Positions 1 through 9,744 of a DNA stretch of 64,000 nucleotides are shown piece after piece. The stretch is from an uncultured Clostridium sp. (lineage in GTDB: Bacteria; Bacillota_I; Bacilli_A; RF39; UBA660), in the NCBI GenBank assembly GCA_947427095.1, contig CANEGO010000001.1, positions 131,428 to 195,427 of the forward strand, given 5' to 3'. How positions within the stretch are numbered: position 1 is the stretch's first letter; each line of letters begins with the position of its first letter. The notes under the pieces are model-generated. The model was not told the origin of the DNA. It ran no database searches and saw nothing but the letters and a program-made list of their open reading frames with translations. Both the position numbers and the translations under genes were made by a program.

Positions 1-47
1 TCCTTTACTAACTCTTTATTTTCTCTTATTAATTTAATATCTATCAT
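1..47 (-). CDS. serS: Seryl-tRNA synthetase N-terminus (partial; the gene continues beyond the window start)
   Basis: Reverse-strand ATG at 45-47 is preceded by a GGAG RBS. Translation MIDIKLIRENKELVK matches the conserved SerS N-terminus (MLDxKxIREN...). Only about 15 codons lie in the window. Confidence 0.45.
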   Translation of the reverse strand, partial: MIDIKLIRENKELVK

Positions 48-50
48 ATT

Positions 51-323
51 TTATTTCTCCTTTTTTAAAACCTTTGATTCTATTTCTTGTTCTTGAAACC
101 TATAAGGCTGTTCAATCTCCGGATATTTTTCATGATCAACTTCCGATAAAAACATATCTAGAGGTCTTACATAGGTCTTACAATCATCATATAAAGCTTT
201 ATATAATACTAATTCTTCTTTTGTTTCCGAGTGTAGTACAACATCCAAAACCAAATATAAATCCCCTTTAAAATGTCTGTAAATACTATTTAACTTTATC
301 TTTCTCATCTTTAATTCCTCCAT
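51..323 (-). CDS. DUF1653 family protein
   Basis: 90 aa. The YRHFKG..Y.V......HSET.EE.V.Y motif is typical of DUF1653 small proteins. Confidence 0.55.
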   Translation of the reverse strand: MEELKMRKIKLNSIYRHFKGDLYLVLDVVLHSETKEELVLYKALYDDCKTYVRPLDMFLSEVDHEKYPEIEQPYRFQEQEIESKVLKKEK

Positions 324-732
324 TATTTTTAATTATATACATATTAGCATATTTATATTTTCCACCCTGGCTAAATATATAATGCTTTGGTATTGCTACT
401 CTTTGTTCAAATATCGCTCCTGCGCCAACTGCCGTTTTAATTGATGCAACATTATCAGGTAAAATCGATATATATAAATCCTCGTAATCGAGTTTAAATA
501 TGTTTTTTGCTAATATCTTAAGCGCCTTCTTAGCATAATTTTTGCCTCGATATTCATCAAAAACCATATATTCGACATTTCCGGTTGATGCATTCAACTC
601 GTGAAAAAATTTAATATATCCTACAACTTCAAGGGTATCATTAATAATAATCTCAAACAATTCTTCCTCACCCTCATGCCAAGGTGGCATAACAAGTGAT
701 ATTTCCTCATCTTTTCCTAGTACGTATCCCAT
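286..732 (-). CDS. GNAT family N-acetyltransferase
   Basis: 148 aa. The acetyl-CoA binding region ([15 protein letters not shown]) resembles RimJ/RimL-like GNAT folds. Confidence 0.65.
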   Translation of the reverse strand: MGYVLGKDEEISLVMPPWHEGEEELFEIIINDTLEVVGYIKFFHELNASTGNVEYMVFDEYRGKNYAKKALKILAKNIFKLDYEDLYISILPDNVASIKTAVGAGAIFEQRVAIPKHYIFSQGGKYKYANMYIIKNNGGIKDEKDKVK

Positions 733-974
733 TTCATCACCTTTAGATATAAAAAGAACAAGCTAAATGCTGGAGTGATATTAACCACGGTGCCATCTCA
801 GCTTATTCTTAATTAGTATAACGGTACTTACCGCGAATGTTTTCATTCGTCTCAAAAGTAGATTCACTAAATAATTAATGTTATCTCACACCAAGCGATA
901 ACTCTCTTTAAATAATAGTTTTAGCTACTAGTCTTTCTCATCAATTTAAATATACCTATATATTATAATATTTA

Positions 975-1943
975 TTAATTATTGTCAATTTCATTTGTTA
1001 TTTCATCATGTTTTAATCCAGTACTTTTTTCAATTATATCAATAGATACGCCAGAGGCTAATAAATTTTTAGCAATTTCAGTTTGTTTAGTTCTTTTTCC
1101 TCTCTCAATTCCTTGTTCAATCCCTTGTTCGATTCCTTGTTTAATACCTTTTTCAATTCCCTTTTCAAATCCTTCAGTTGCTGCATGAGCTCTTATTCTA
1201 TCTCTTATAAACTTTTCTTGTTCTTCTACATCATAAATACCTTGTAGTTCTTCTTCTCTTGAAACTCTACTTATCTTTTCAGCCACTTTTTCCATCTCCT
1301 TACAACCTTTACTTGTTTTTGTAAGTTCTTCCTCATCATCTAGTGTCATTAATAACAATTCTTTTTCGAACTTATTTAACTTGTTATTATTATAATACAT
1401 TTTATTTATTCTTTTCAAGTTTATGTGGTATATTTCCACATCTGTATTATATACATAATCACTTCTAATAAGTCCTCTTTCTTCATCCATCATTCTAAAT
1501 TTTATCACTATTCTTTCATCAAATCTTTCAAAATCATCAAAATTTATCTGAATTAGTTTTTTCTGTTTTATATATTTATCTCCTTTACTTACTAATCCAT
1601 CTTTTATTTTATCTATATACCTATCATTCTTTTCAAACAATCCATTATAATAGTTTTTATTCATCTCTAAATTTATTATGTTTTCTTTTACTTCAATTAT
1701 TAAGTCAGTTGCTTTTTTCTTTTCGTTTTTTTCATCCTTCTTTAATTCAGTATTTTTAAATACTATATTGCCTTTTAAGTACTCTTTTTTTATTCCTGTT
1801 ATTCCGTTTATCAAATCAATTAAATACCCTTCCGATTCTTTATCCTGTAACACACTTTTAAATACTACGTCATACGTCATTGGTATTACCTTATTTTTTT
1901 CTTCAACCATGTATTTTTTCTCCCTTCCTTTGCATATTAACAT
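975..1943 (-). CDS. Rpn family recombination-promoting nuclease / putative transposase (PD-(D/E)XK)
   Basis: 322 aa. Its architecture and the C-terminal EKGIEKGIKQGIEQGIEQGIERG tandem repeat are typical of Rpn/YhgA-like (Transposase_31) proteins. Confidence 0.65.
   Translation of the reverse strand: MLICKGREKKYMVEEKNKVIPMTYDVVFKSVLQDKESEGYLIDLINGITGIKKEYLKGNIVFKNTELKKDEKNEKKKATDLIIEVKENIINLEMNKNYYNGLFEKNDRYIDKIKDGLVSKGDKYIKQKKLIQINFDDFERFDERIVIKFRMMDEERGLIRSDYVYNTDVEIYHINLKRINKMYYNNNKLNKFEKELLLMTLDDEEELTKTSKGCKEMEKVAEKISRVSREEELQGIYDVEEQEKFIRDRIRAHAATEGFEKGIEKGIKQGIEQGIEQGIERGKRTKQTEIAKNLLASGVSIDIIEKSTGLKHDEITNEIDNN
1105..1176. repeat. Tandem approximately 12-bp repeats inside the rpn-like gene (encoding the GIEQ/GIEK repeats)
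   Basis: Units tcaattccttgt / tcaatcccttgt / tcgattccttgt / ttaatacctttt / tcaattccctt are directly visible in tandem. Confidence 0.6.
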
Positions 1944-2081
1944 TTCAATTTTTCATTATCAAATTACAAAAATGGATTAATTGCACATAAAAAGACTAAA
2001 AAAAAGACATTTCACTTTAAAAAAAATGTCTTTTTAGTATTGTTTTTTTACTAAAAAAGAGAATTAGTAAAATTTCATTTT

Positions 2082-2795
2082 TTACAAATTAACATTATGA
2101 TATACTTTTTGAACATCTTCAACTTCGTCTAGCATGTTAAGTAATTTATCAAAGTTTTCCTTATCCTCGCCTACCAAGTTTACCATTTCATTAGGAAGCA
2201 TTGTTACTTCGTCCACTAAAAATTCAGCATCATTTTTACTAGATGTAATAGCATCCTTTATTTTAAATAAATCTGCAGGATCGCCATAAATGCTTACATT
2301 CCCATTTTCTTCTTCGATTTCTTTAGCATCCACTTCACCCATTAAAAGAGCCTCTAAAGCTTCATCCTCATTCATATCTTTTACAACAACAACAGATAAA
2401 TGTTCATACATATGAGACACACAACCTGAAACACCCATTTTACCTTTTGACTTAGTAAAAGCATTTCTAACCATGCTTACCGTACGATTAACATTATCAG
2501 TTAAACAATCAACCATAACGGTTGCACCACCTGATGCAAATCCTTCATAACGAACGGAAGTATAACTTTCATCAACCCCACTGTTTACCTTATCTATTGC
2601 CCTTTTAATAACGTCTGCCGGAACTTGTTCCTTTTTAGCCTTTTCAATTAAATGTCTTAAACTTAAATTACCATTTGGATCAGTACCGCCCTGCTTTGCA
2701 ACTTGATATATTTCCTTTGCATAACTAGAATAAACCTTAGCCTTAGCAGCTCCCGTTTTCGCCTTGCTAGCTGCTATATTTGGAAATCTTCCCAT
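2082..2795 (-). CDS. yebC: YebC/PmpR family DNA-binding transcriptional regulator
   Basis: 237 aa. The N-terminus MGRFPNIAASKAKTGAAKAKVYSSYAKEIYQVAKQGG and its length are characteristic of the YebC/TACO1 family. Confidence 0.85.
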   Translation of the reverse strand: MGRFPNIAASKAKTGAAKAKVYSSYAKEIYQVAKQGGTDPNGNLSLRHLIEKAKKEQVPADVIKRAIDKVNSGVDESYTSVRYEGFASGGATVMVDCLTDNVNRTVSMVRNAFTKSKGKMGVSGCVSHMYEHLSVVVVKDMNEDEALEALLMGEVDAKEIEEENGNVSIYGDPADLFKIKDAITSSKNDAEFLVDEVTMLPNEMVNLVGEDKENFDKLLNMLDEVEDVQKVYHNVNL

Positions 2796-2904
2796 TTTAT
2801 CACCTCTTTATACACGCTTATTATCATACTTTATTTTATAATATTTTTCAAGCTTTTATGTTTTATGTATAAAAAAAGGATAATGCGCTAATAACCTAAA
2901 CAGG

Positions 2905-3375
2905 GTGATTAAAATGATTAAAATAATAGAAAAAGATTTATTAGAAGACCAATTCATAATAAAACCATTTACAAAAAATATTAGCTTAAATGAGACCATT
3001 TATTTTTCAAAAGATAACATATATTATTTTGGCAATTATAAAAAAGATGCAATTACGAAAATTAAAAACAAACTAATTAAAAATAAAAAAAGAATTATTA
3101 AGGCCGTTGAAAACGGCGTTAAATTTATCGTTTGTGGAAATAGTATCGATATGTTTAATAACACGTTCAATCACAGAGGGTTTAATTTATTTACTAGCTA
3201 TAATCCTAATAATTTCAAAAGAAAAATAAAAGGAATAAAAATAAAACAAAAATACAAGCATAATAAAATTAAAAAAGTAGATAGCATTAAAGAAGTAATA
3301 CCTAGTGAAAATTTTTTATATAAAAATTTTCTATGCATAAGAAACAAAAAAATTATAGAAAAAAAGCTTCTATAA
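2905..3375 (+). CDS. Hypothetical lysine-rich protein
   Basis: 156-aa ORF with an AGGGTGA RBS. Composition is AT-rich and lysine-rich, and no domain is recognised. Confidence 0.3.
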   Translation: MIKMIKIIEKDLLEDQFIIKPFTKNISLNETIYFSKDNIYYFGNYKKDAITKIKNKLIKNKKRIIKAVENGVKFIVCGNSIDMFNNTFNHRGFNLFTSYNPNNFKRKIKGIKIKQKYKHNKIKKVDSIKEVIPSENFLYKNFLCIRNKKIIEKKLL

Positions 3376-3383
3376 TTTTTATT

Positions 3384-4088
3384 CTAATTTGTTTTTTGTT
3401 TCCAATTAAAGCTATAAGAAACATCAGATGTTACTAAAAAGTCTTTTCCACGATCATTATAATCAAAAACGTTTCCTACAAATAGAAAATAAACAGACTG
3501 TTCGGGTTTAACAATTATATTTCCTGTTGAGTCATCAAAAACTTCAGCTAAATCTTCATCAGTAGTTGCTAATGTTCCATCAGCTTTTTCAACTCCTAAC
3601 GGAGCAAAAGAATATATGTTAATGTAACCCCCAATTTGACTATTTATATCATGACACTCATCAGCTTCTTCTATCTGTCCATTAGTCTGATCAATCTGCA
3701 TATTTGGTCCACCATCAATACAAGCTTTTCCAGAAGCAGTTATACCATCAGACATATTTAAAACGGCATCCATCGTCCCGGCATTGGTCATTTTAACCGT
3801 AAAATAACGTCTTGCTCCTGGATAATCAAAATCAACATTAAGAGAAACCGTATTATCAACTACTGTACAACTATCATTTTTATATCCACCTTCGGGATCC
3901 AATCCATTTTCCGATAAAGAACCAAATACTGGGTTAAATCCTGTACTACATGTCGCCGTAATATCAAATTCACCCTTAGCGGTAGCAGTACCATTTATGG
4001 TTATGGTATCTGAAAATATTGCATAACCTACCATCATGGTTACTGCAAGAGCTAGCACTCCTATTATTATTCCTTTTTTCTTATTCAT
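3384..4088 (-). CDS. Secreted protein with a SipW-cognate-class signal peptide (TasA/camelysin-like)
   Basis: The N-terminus MNKKKGIIIGVLALAVTMMVGYAIFSDT resembles the TasA/CalY-type signal region (AAFND-like motif). The mature part is Thr/Asn/Asp-rich. An AGGAG RBS is present. Confidence 0.45.
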   Translation of the reverse strand: MNKKKGIIIGVLALAVTMMVGYAIFSDTITINGTATAKGEFDITATCSTGFNPVFGSLSENGLDPEGGYKNDSCTVVDNTVSLNVDFDYPGARRYFTVKMTNAGTMDAVLNMSDGITASGKACIDGGPNMQIDQTNGQIEEADECHDINSQIGGYINIYSFAPLGVEKADGTLATTDEDLAEVFDDSTGNIIVKPEQSVYFLFVGNVFDYNDRGKDFLVTSDVSYSFNWKQKTN

Positions 4089-4119
4089 ACTTTTACTCCT
4101 ATCTTCCTATTATTTCTTG

Positions 4120-4152
4120 TTTATAATATCATATACCCCCCCCCGGTCAATA
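4120..4152 (-). promoter_or_regulatory. Candidate sigma-A-type promoter with a G9 homopolymer in the -35/-10 spacer
   Basis: Minus strand reads TTGACC-GGGGGGGGG-TATATGA-TATTAT. The -35 is TTGACC and the -10 is an extended TG-n-TATTAT with a 16-nt spacer. The poly-C on the plus strand is at 4136-4144, about 50 nt upstream of the start codon. Confidence 0.5.
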
Positions 4153-4184
4153 TTTTTAAAAAAATGTGTAAAAAAAAAGTATTT

Positions 4185-4772
4185 CTACTTTGTAATTTGC
4201 AACTTAAATGGAGATTTAAAATTAGTATCTGTTTTTTCTTTATACTCAAAAAGCATATTAAGTAAAAAGTATAAAACTAAAATTAAAATAACTATCTCTA
4301 ATACATTTATAACATTTTTTAATACTGGACTAATACCAGACTTCTTATCCTTTTGATAAGAACCACAAGATTTACAATAAGTATCAGTATCAAATATTTT
4401 TTCTCCGCAACAAGAACAATATTTATTACCAGTTAATACAATCTGTTTTATAACAGTTTTTTCTTTAACTTTAGTTTGAGCTACTTCTTGTTTTTGGTTA
4501 AGTTCATAGTTATCAAACTCAAATGGTTCATAGTCCTTTAGAGTTATAGCTTCCTTAGAAACGTTATTTAAAGAAAGAGAAAGTAAAACCTTAATAAGAA
4601 AATATAAAACAAAACCACCAATAGAAATGTATAGATAAATCCTTAAGTTAGATAAAATTTGAAGCATTGTTACCGAATTATTAATAACACGATAATTAAA
4701 CACGTTTATTAAGTATATTATCGCAGCACTTATTCCAATGCCAAGAGGAACAAACGTAAGCATTTTCTTCAA
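4185..4772 (-). CDS. Membrane protein with a zinc-ribbon (CxxC...CxxC) domain
   Basis: 195 aa. The CSCCGEKIFDTDTYCKSCGSY zinc ribbon is flanked by transmembrane segments. Confidence 0.45.
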   Translation of the reverse strand: MKKMLTFVPLGIGISAAIIYLINVFNYRVINNSVTMLQILSNLRIYLYISIGGFVLYFLIKVLLSLSLNNVSKEAITLKDYEPFEFDNYELNQKQEVAQTKVKEKTVIKQIVLTGNKYCSCCGEKIFDTDTYCKSCGSYQKDKKSGISPVLKNVINVLEIVILILVLYFLLNMLFEYKEKTDTNFKSPFKLQITK

Positions 4773-4854
4773 GGCTGAACACCTCCCTTAAAAAGTCCTT
4801 TTTAAATGTCTCTATTATAATCATTTTATGAAAAAAAGCAAGTTATTATTAAAC

Positions 4855-6438
4855 TTACTCTCTGTTTAAATATTCATCATAAGTGCACATTTTATCAACG
4901 TACTTACCATCTTCCTTAAATTCAATTATACGATTTGCAACACTATTTATAAGCTCATAATCATAAGAAGAAAATAAACATACACCCCTAAAGGTTTTCA
5001 TTCCTTTATTAAGAGATGTAATTGATTCTATATCCAAGTGATTAGTAGGCTCATCTAGTATTATAACGTTAGCTTTTTTTAACATCATACGAGAAAACAT
5101 CAATCTTACTTTTTCACCGCCAGAAAGTACTCCTACCTTTTTTAAAGCTTCCTCTCCAGAAAATAGCATTCTACCCAAAAATCCTCTTAAAAACGCTTCT
5201 TCTTGTTCCTTAGAATAAGGCCTTAAAAAATCTACTAAATTAACATCTTCTTTAAAATAATCATCATGATCCTTAGGAAAGTATGAATACGAAACGGTTG
5301 TTCCCCACTTAATCGTTCCACAGTCTGGCTCTAATTCTCCAGTTATAATTTTGAAAAGCGTAGTTTTAGCAAGTTCGTTTTTTCCAACAAAAGCTACTTT
5401 ATCGGTATTATTTATGGTTAAGTTTAAGTTTTTTAAAACTACTTCTCCACCAATCGTTTTACTAACACCTTTAAGTTCTAAAACATCACGGCCTAAGTCT
5501 CTATCAATATCAAAATTAATGTATGGATATTTTCTTGATGATGCTACCATATCATCAAGTTCTATTTTTTCTAAGAGTTTCTTTCTTGATGTAGCTTGTT
5601 TAGATTTAGATGCATTCGCACTAAACCTTCTAATAAATTCTTGTAACTCTTTTATCTTATCTTCTTTCTTTTTATTAGAATCCCTCATTTGCTTTTGAAT
5701 AAGTTCGCTTGATTCTAACCAGAAATCATAATTACCAACGTACATTTTAATCTTACCATAATCAATATCAAGTGTATGAGTACATACCTTATTTAAAAAG
5801 TGTCTATCATGCGAAACAACAATTACCGTGTTTTTAAAATCTAGCAAGAAGTTCTCAAGCCATATCTTGGCACTTATATCAAGATAGTTGGTTGGTTCAT
5901 CTAAAATTAATATGTCTGGGTTGCCAAATAAAGCTTGTGCAAGCAAAACCTTAACCTTATCTTCACCAGATAAGTTTTCCATTTTATCACTATAATATGC
6001 TCTATCAAGACCAATACCAGAAAGAAGAATCTCTGCATCAGCCTCAGCTTGCCATCCATCCATCTCAGCAAACTCTGCTTCTAATTCCCCTACTCTTAAC
6101 CCATCCTCATCATTAAAATCGGGTTTAGAATATATTTCTTCCTTTTCTTTCATTATGTTATAAAGTCTTTGATTTCCCATGATTACGGTTTCAACAACAC
6201 CCTTATCATCATAAGCATTATGATCTTGTTTTAGCACTGACATCCTATCATTGTCTGTTAAGATAACTTCTCCCGTTGTAGAATCAATTTCTTTTGACAG
6301 TACCTTTAAAAAAGTAGACTTTCCTGCTCCATTAGCACCAATTACCCCGTAACAATTACCAGCGGTAAACTTTAGATTCACGTCCTTGAATAAAGTTCTT
6401 TTTCCAAAAGTTAAACTAAGGTTATTTACTTGAAGCAT
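4855..6438 (-). CDS. ABC-F family ATP-binding cassette protein (two tandem ABC domains, translation-factor type)
   Basis: 527 aa with two Walker A motifs (GANGAGKST; the second is in the C-terminal half) and an inter-domain linker. Uup/EttA/YdiF-like. Confidence 0.85.
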   Translation of the reverse strand: MLQVNNLSLTFGKRTLFKDVNLKFTAGNCYGVIGANGAGKSTFLKVLSKEIDSTTGEVILTDNDRMSVLKQDHNAYDDKGVVETVIMGNQRLYNIMKEKEEIYSKPDFNDEDGLRVGELEAEFAEMDGWQAEADAEILLSGIGLDRAYYSDKMENLSGEDKVKVLLAQALFGNPDILILDEPTNYLDISAKIWLENFLLDFKNTVIVVSHDRHFLNKVCTHTLDIDYGKIKMYVGNYDFWLESSELIQKQMRDSNKKKEDKIKELQEFIRRFSANASKSKQATSRKKLLEKIELDDMVASSRKYPYINFDIDRDLGRDVLELKGVSKTIGGEVVLKNLNLTINNTDKVAFVGKNELAKTTLFKIITGELEPDCGTIKWGTTVSYSYFPKDHDDYFKEDVNLVDFLRPYSKEQEEAFLRGFLGRMLFSGEEALKKVGVLSGGEKVRLMFSRMMLKKANVIILDEPTNHLDIESITSLNKGMKTFRGVCLFSSYDYELINSVANRIIEFKEDGKYVDKMCTYDEYLNRE

Positions 6439-6522
6439 AAAATCACGTCCTTTTCTTATATAAGTTTACTAAAGAAAATAGTAAAAAGCAAGTAAGTAAA
6501 AAAATAGCTTTTAAAGGCTATT

Positions 6523-6846
6523 TTAATCATTATAATAATGAAGCGTTAATACCACATCTTTTCTATCTTTTTCTGATGATGAAAAACCATTTGGATCAAT
6601 ATATCTTTTAGATTGTAAAGAAGGTTTATCACCATTTAGTTTAATTAAACTTGGTTTGCGTTGTCCTTTATTACTACTAAGTAATGAAGCAATTACTTTT
6701 TCATCTTTTATTAAAACTAAATCACATAATAATCTTCTAATATAAAAATCTTTTAATTCCAAATTTGTGGGTAATCTATCCATAATATATTTATCCCTTC
6801 TTGTAAGCCTTATCATTAGACATGAATAGTTTTTCCATATCAACAT
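6523..6846 (-). CDS. Hypothetical protein (possibly the downstream half of a frameshifted gene)
   Basis: 107-aa ORF that overlaps the 6791-7015 ORF by 56 nt in a different frame. Confidence 0.3.
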   Translation of the reverse strand: MLIWKNYSCLMIRLTRRDKYIMDRLPTNLELKDFYIRRLLCDLVLIKDEKVIASLLSSNKGQRKPSLIKLNGDKPSLQSKRYIDPNGFSSSEKDRKDVVLTLHYYND

Positions 6847-7015
6847 ATGTCATTCTAGGTTTGATAACATAAGATTTTTCTAACTTAAGCAAAAAATCCT
6901 TTGTCAAAAGAAATGGTTTTAAATTTACAGTTTCATCTATTTTTTGTTCTTCATAAGATTTTAAAACCTTATTATATTTAGTTAACGTATCAGTCTCAAC
7001 AGCTTTTACTCTCAT
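6791..7015 (-). CDS. Hypothetical protein (possibly the upstream half of a frameshifted gene)
   Basis: 74-aa ORF that overlaps the next ORF. Confidence 0.3.
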   Translation of the reverse strand: MRVKAVETDTLTKYNKVLKSYEEQKIDETVNLKPFLLTKDFLLKLEKSYVIKPRMTYVDMEKLFMSNDKAYKKG

Positions 7016-7103
7016 AATTTATTGTGTTCCTTTCTTGAAATCATATTATAGCATAAAACAAAAGAAAAACAACCAACTATAATTAAATGAAGTAATTAAA
7101 GGT

Positions 7104-9134
7104 CTAAGAAAGAATTTTTGGAGCATTATAAATTATTAGTTCATGTTGGCACCTAGTAGCTACAACATAAAATAGATATCTTTCGTCTTTAGTATATTTA
7201 TTATCTTTATCAGTATAAGAAATCACCGAATCAAATTCTAAACCTTTCGCGAGGTAACTTGGAACAATTACTAAGTTTTTATTAAACTCTTTATCACTAT
7301 CTTCCATTAGACTTATACCTTCTATTTTATCTTTTAATTTATCATATAATTTTATTGCTTCATCTTTACTTTTAGTAATTATCGCAAGTGATGCATATTT
7401 TTCTTTTAAAGCGTTTATATCATTTTCTATTGCGTTCATATCATCTCTAAATTTAACTGGTACGTTATTTTCTCTTCTAATCGCACTAACGTACTTTAAA
7501 CCAAGTATTTTATTAGTGTATGCTATTATTTCACCAGAGGAACGATAAGTTTTATTTAGTTCAACGTACTTGCTATTTTCGTTTAATATATCTGTTAAAA
7601 CTTCTAAAGTATCATACTTTATATATGGATTAATCGTTTGGTTAACATCTCCTAGTATCGTAAATGATGCTTTTTTAAATATCTTACTTAGTATTATATA
7701 TTGCATTTCATTATAATCTTGCGCTTCATCAACAACTATTTGCCTAATTAAGTTACTGTATGGAAAACCATTTAATAATCCTTTTAAATATATAAAGCAT
7801 AATGCATCTTCATAATTAATTTCTTTTGTGTTAAGTTTTACTGTTTCTTCTTTACCATAAGCATTTATAAATGCTTTGCTTTTATATAAATCTTCATATA
7901 TTTTCTTAAAATCAGGTTTTATATTAAGCCTTTCTTTAATTTGTTTCATAAAGCTTCTTTTTCCTTTACCATAGCTAATTCCAGTTTTATCACATAAGTG
8001 TTCAGCCATTTTTTCTATTCTTTCAAATAGTGGTAATCTATCAAACTTATCTTTTAATAAATTATTTAAGTATTTCTTTTCTATAGTTTCTATCTTAAGT
8101 TCTATATCATCTGTTATTAAAATATTTTGCTTTATTTCTTTTGCATAATTATCTATTACATCTATCATCTTTTTAGATAATTTAAACTTAACAAATTCTG
8201 GTTTATTTTCTTTTCTATCGTAAAACCTTTCAATAAAATCAGTAAAAGTTTCTACCCTTTTAAATTCCTTAGCATAACTTATGGCAAAATCATGAAAAGT
8301 AGTTTCCCCAGTGTTTTCTTCTCCAAGCTCTGGAAGTACGTTTGATATATATTCTGAAAATACATTATTAGGTGAAAAAATAAGTACGTTAGATGATTTT
8401 AAATTCTTTATTTTATATAGCAAGAACGCTATTCTATGAAGTGCTACCGACGTTTTACCAGAGCCAGCAATTCCTTGAACTATTAAATGTTTATTTGATA
8501 TGTTTCTTATTATATCGTTTTGTTCCGATTGTATGGTGTTAACAATATTTTTCATTTTATCAGAGGATTTTTCTGATAATACTTCCTGAAGGCATTCATC
8601 AACTACGTTTAAATCATTATCAAACACTCTTAACAATTTATTATTTTCTATCTTATATTGCCTTCTAAGTGACATATACCCCTTTATTTCTCCATCAGGT
8701 GCCTCATACTTACAAGGTCCTACTGGATAATCATAAAACAAACTAGCAATTGGACTTCGCCAGTCATAAACAAAATAATGTAAATCTTTTTCTACGTTAG
8801 TTAAACCTATATAAACTTTTTTTACAGCTTCATCATCTTCTTTAAAATCAACTCTTCCAAAGTATGGTGAATACTGCACTTTTAAAAGCTTTTTATAACA
8901 CTCCATTTTCATAAGCATAAAGCCTGCTTCAAGTTCTGATGACATAAGACCGGTTTGCATTTCAACTTTATCTATGCTTCCTTTATCTTCCCACAAAACC
9001 TTTCTAAACTCAGTTAATTTACTTTCTTCAACGTGAATTTCTTTTCCCAAAACATCTATTTGATTAGATATTTCCTTTGATGCATTTCGTAAGTAGCCAT
9101 TTTCTTCCTTTAACTCTTTTTCGGTTAAAGCCAT
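7104..9134 (-). CDS. helD: HelD-like UvrD-family helicase (RNA polymerase recycling / DNA helicase IV-like)
   Basis: 676 aa. Walker A motif QGIAGSGKTSVALHRIAFLL. The long N-terminal domain before the helicase core is typical of HelD. Confidence 0.7.
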   Translation of the reverse strand: MALTEKELKEENGYLRNASKEISNQIDVLGKEIHVEESKLTEFRKVLWEDKGSIDKVEMQTGLMSSELEAGFMLMKMECYKKLLKVQYSPYFGRVDFKEDDEAVKKVYIGLTNVEKDLHYFVYDWRSPIASLFYDYPVGPCKYEAPDGEIKGYMSLRRQYKIENNKLLRVFDNDLNVVDECLQEVLSEKSSDKMKNIVNTIQSEQNDIIRNISNKHLIVQGIAGSGKTSVALHRIAFLLYKIKNLKSSNVLIFSPNNVFSEYISNVLPELGEENTGETTFHDFAISYAKEFKRVETFTDFIERFYDRKENKPEFVKFKLSKKMIDVIDNYAKEIKQNILITDDIELKIETIEKKYLNNLLKDKFDRLPLFERIEKMAEHLCDKTGISYGKGKRSFMKQIKERLNIKPDFKKIYEDLYKSKAFINAYGKEETVKLNTKEINYEDALCFIYLKGLLNGFPYSNLIRQIVVDEAQDYNEMQYIILSKIFKKASFTILGDVNQTINPYIKYDTLEVLTDILNENSKYVELNKTYRSSGEIIAYTNKILGLKYVSAIRRENNVPVKFRDDMNAIENDINALKEKYASLAIITKSKDEAIKLYDKLKDKIEGISLMEDSDKEFNKNLVIVPSYLAKGLEFDSVISYTDKDNKYTKDERYLFYVVATRCQHELIIYNAPKILS

Positions 9135-9159
9135 GATGTATCACTTCCTTTCTAACAAC

Positions 9160-9190
9160 GCAAAAAACCACATATTACTATGTGGTGGGT
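9160..9190 (-). terminator. Intrinsic terminator downstream of 9345-9713
   Basis: The minus strand has a ccacat-atgtgg hairpin followed by a T run. Confidence 0.4.
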
Positions 9191-9344
9191 ATATATATTT
9201 ACCCAATTTTTGCAAAAACGTCATCTTAATTATATATCATATTAAAATAAATGCAATATAAAAACTTACAATTATCTATCTTTTTTTACATTTTCTTTTA
9301 CTACGTATCCTGCTGTTTTTGTCGAACAATAAAAATACGGAACA

Positions 9345-9713
9345 TTATTTTTTTGTTCCATACTTTATTTCTAAATATTTTTTCTTTTGAGTAATATATT
9401 CTTCAGTAAATATAATTTTAATTTCTTCATTTGTTAAAGGTTCAACTCTTTTAATCTGACAATATTTTTCTTGTTCTTCTACTGATAATTCTTTATTTAA
9501 ATCAGTATATTCTCTAGCGAATAATTTACCTTGAAAACAATTTAAATAAATAACTAAATCGGAATAATTAAAATTATCTGGATTATTGCCAACATACTTT
9601 GGTTTTACTAGATCGAAATATTTCTCATCAACGCCAATCGCTATTATTAAATAAATATTTTTTTCTATTAAATTCTTTCCTTTAAAATGCTTATAAAATC
9701 TACTAACTTCCAT
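9345..9713 (-). CDS. DUF1653-like protein
   Basis: 122 aa. The FYKHFKGKNL motif resembles DUF1653; this would be a second copy in the window. Confidence 0.4.
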   Translation of the reverse strand: MEVSRFYKHFKGKNLIEKNIYLIIAIGVDEKYFDLVKPKYVGNNPDNFNYSDLVIYLNCFQGKLFAREYTDLNKELSVEEQEKYCQIKRVEPLTNEEIKIIFTEEYITQKKKYLEIKYGTKK

Positions 9714-9744
9714 AATTTCACCTATGTTTTAATTATACTATATA

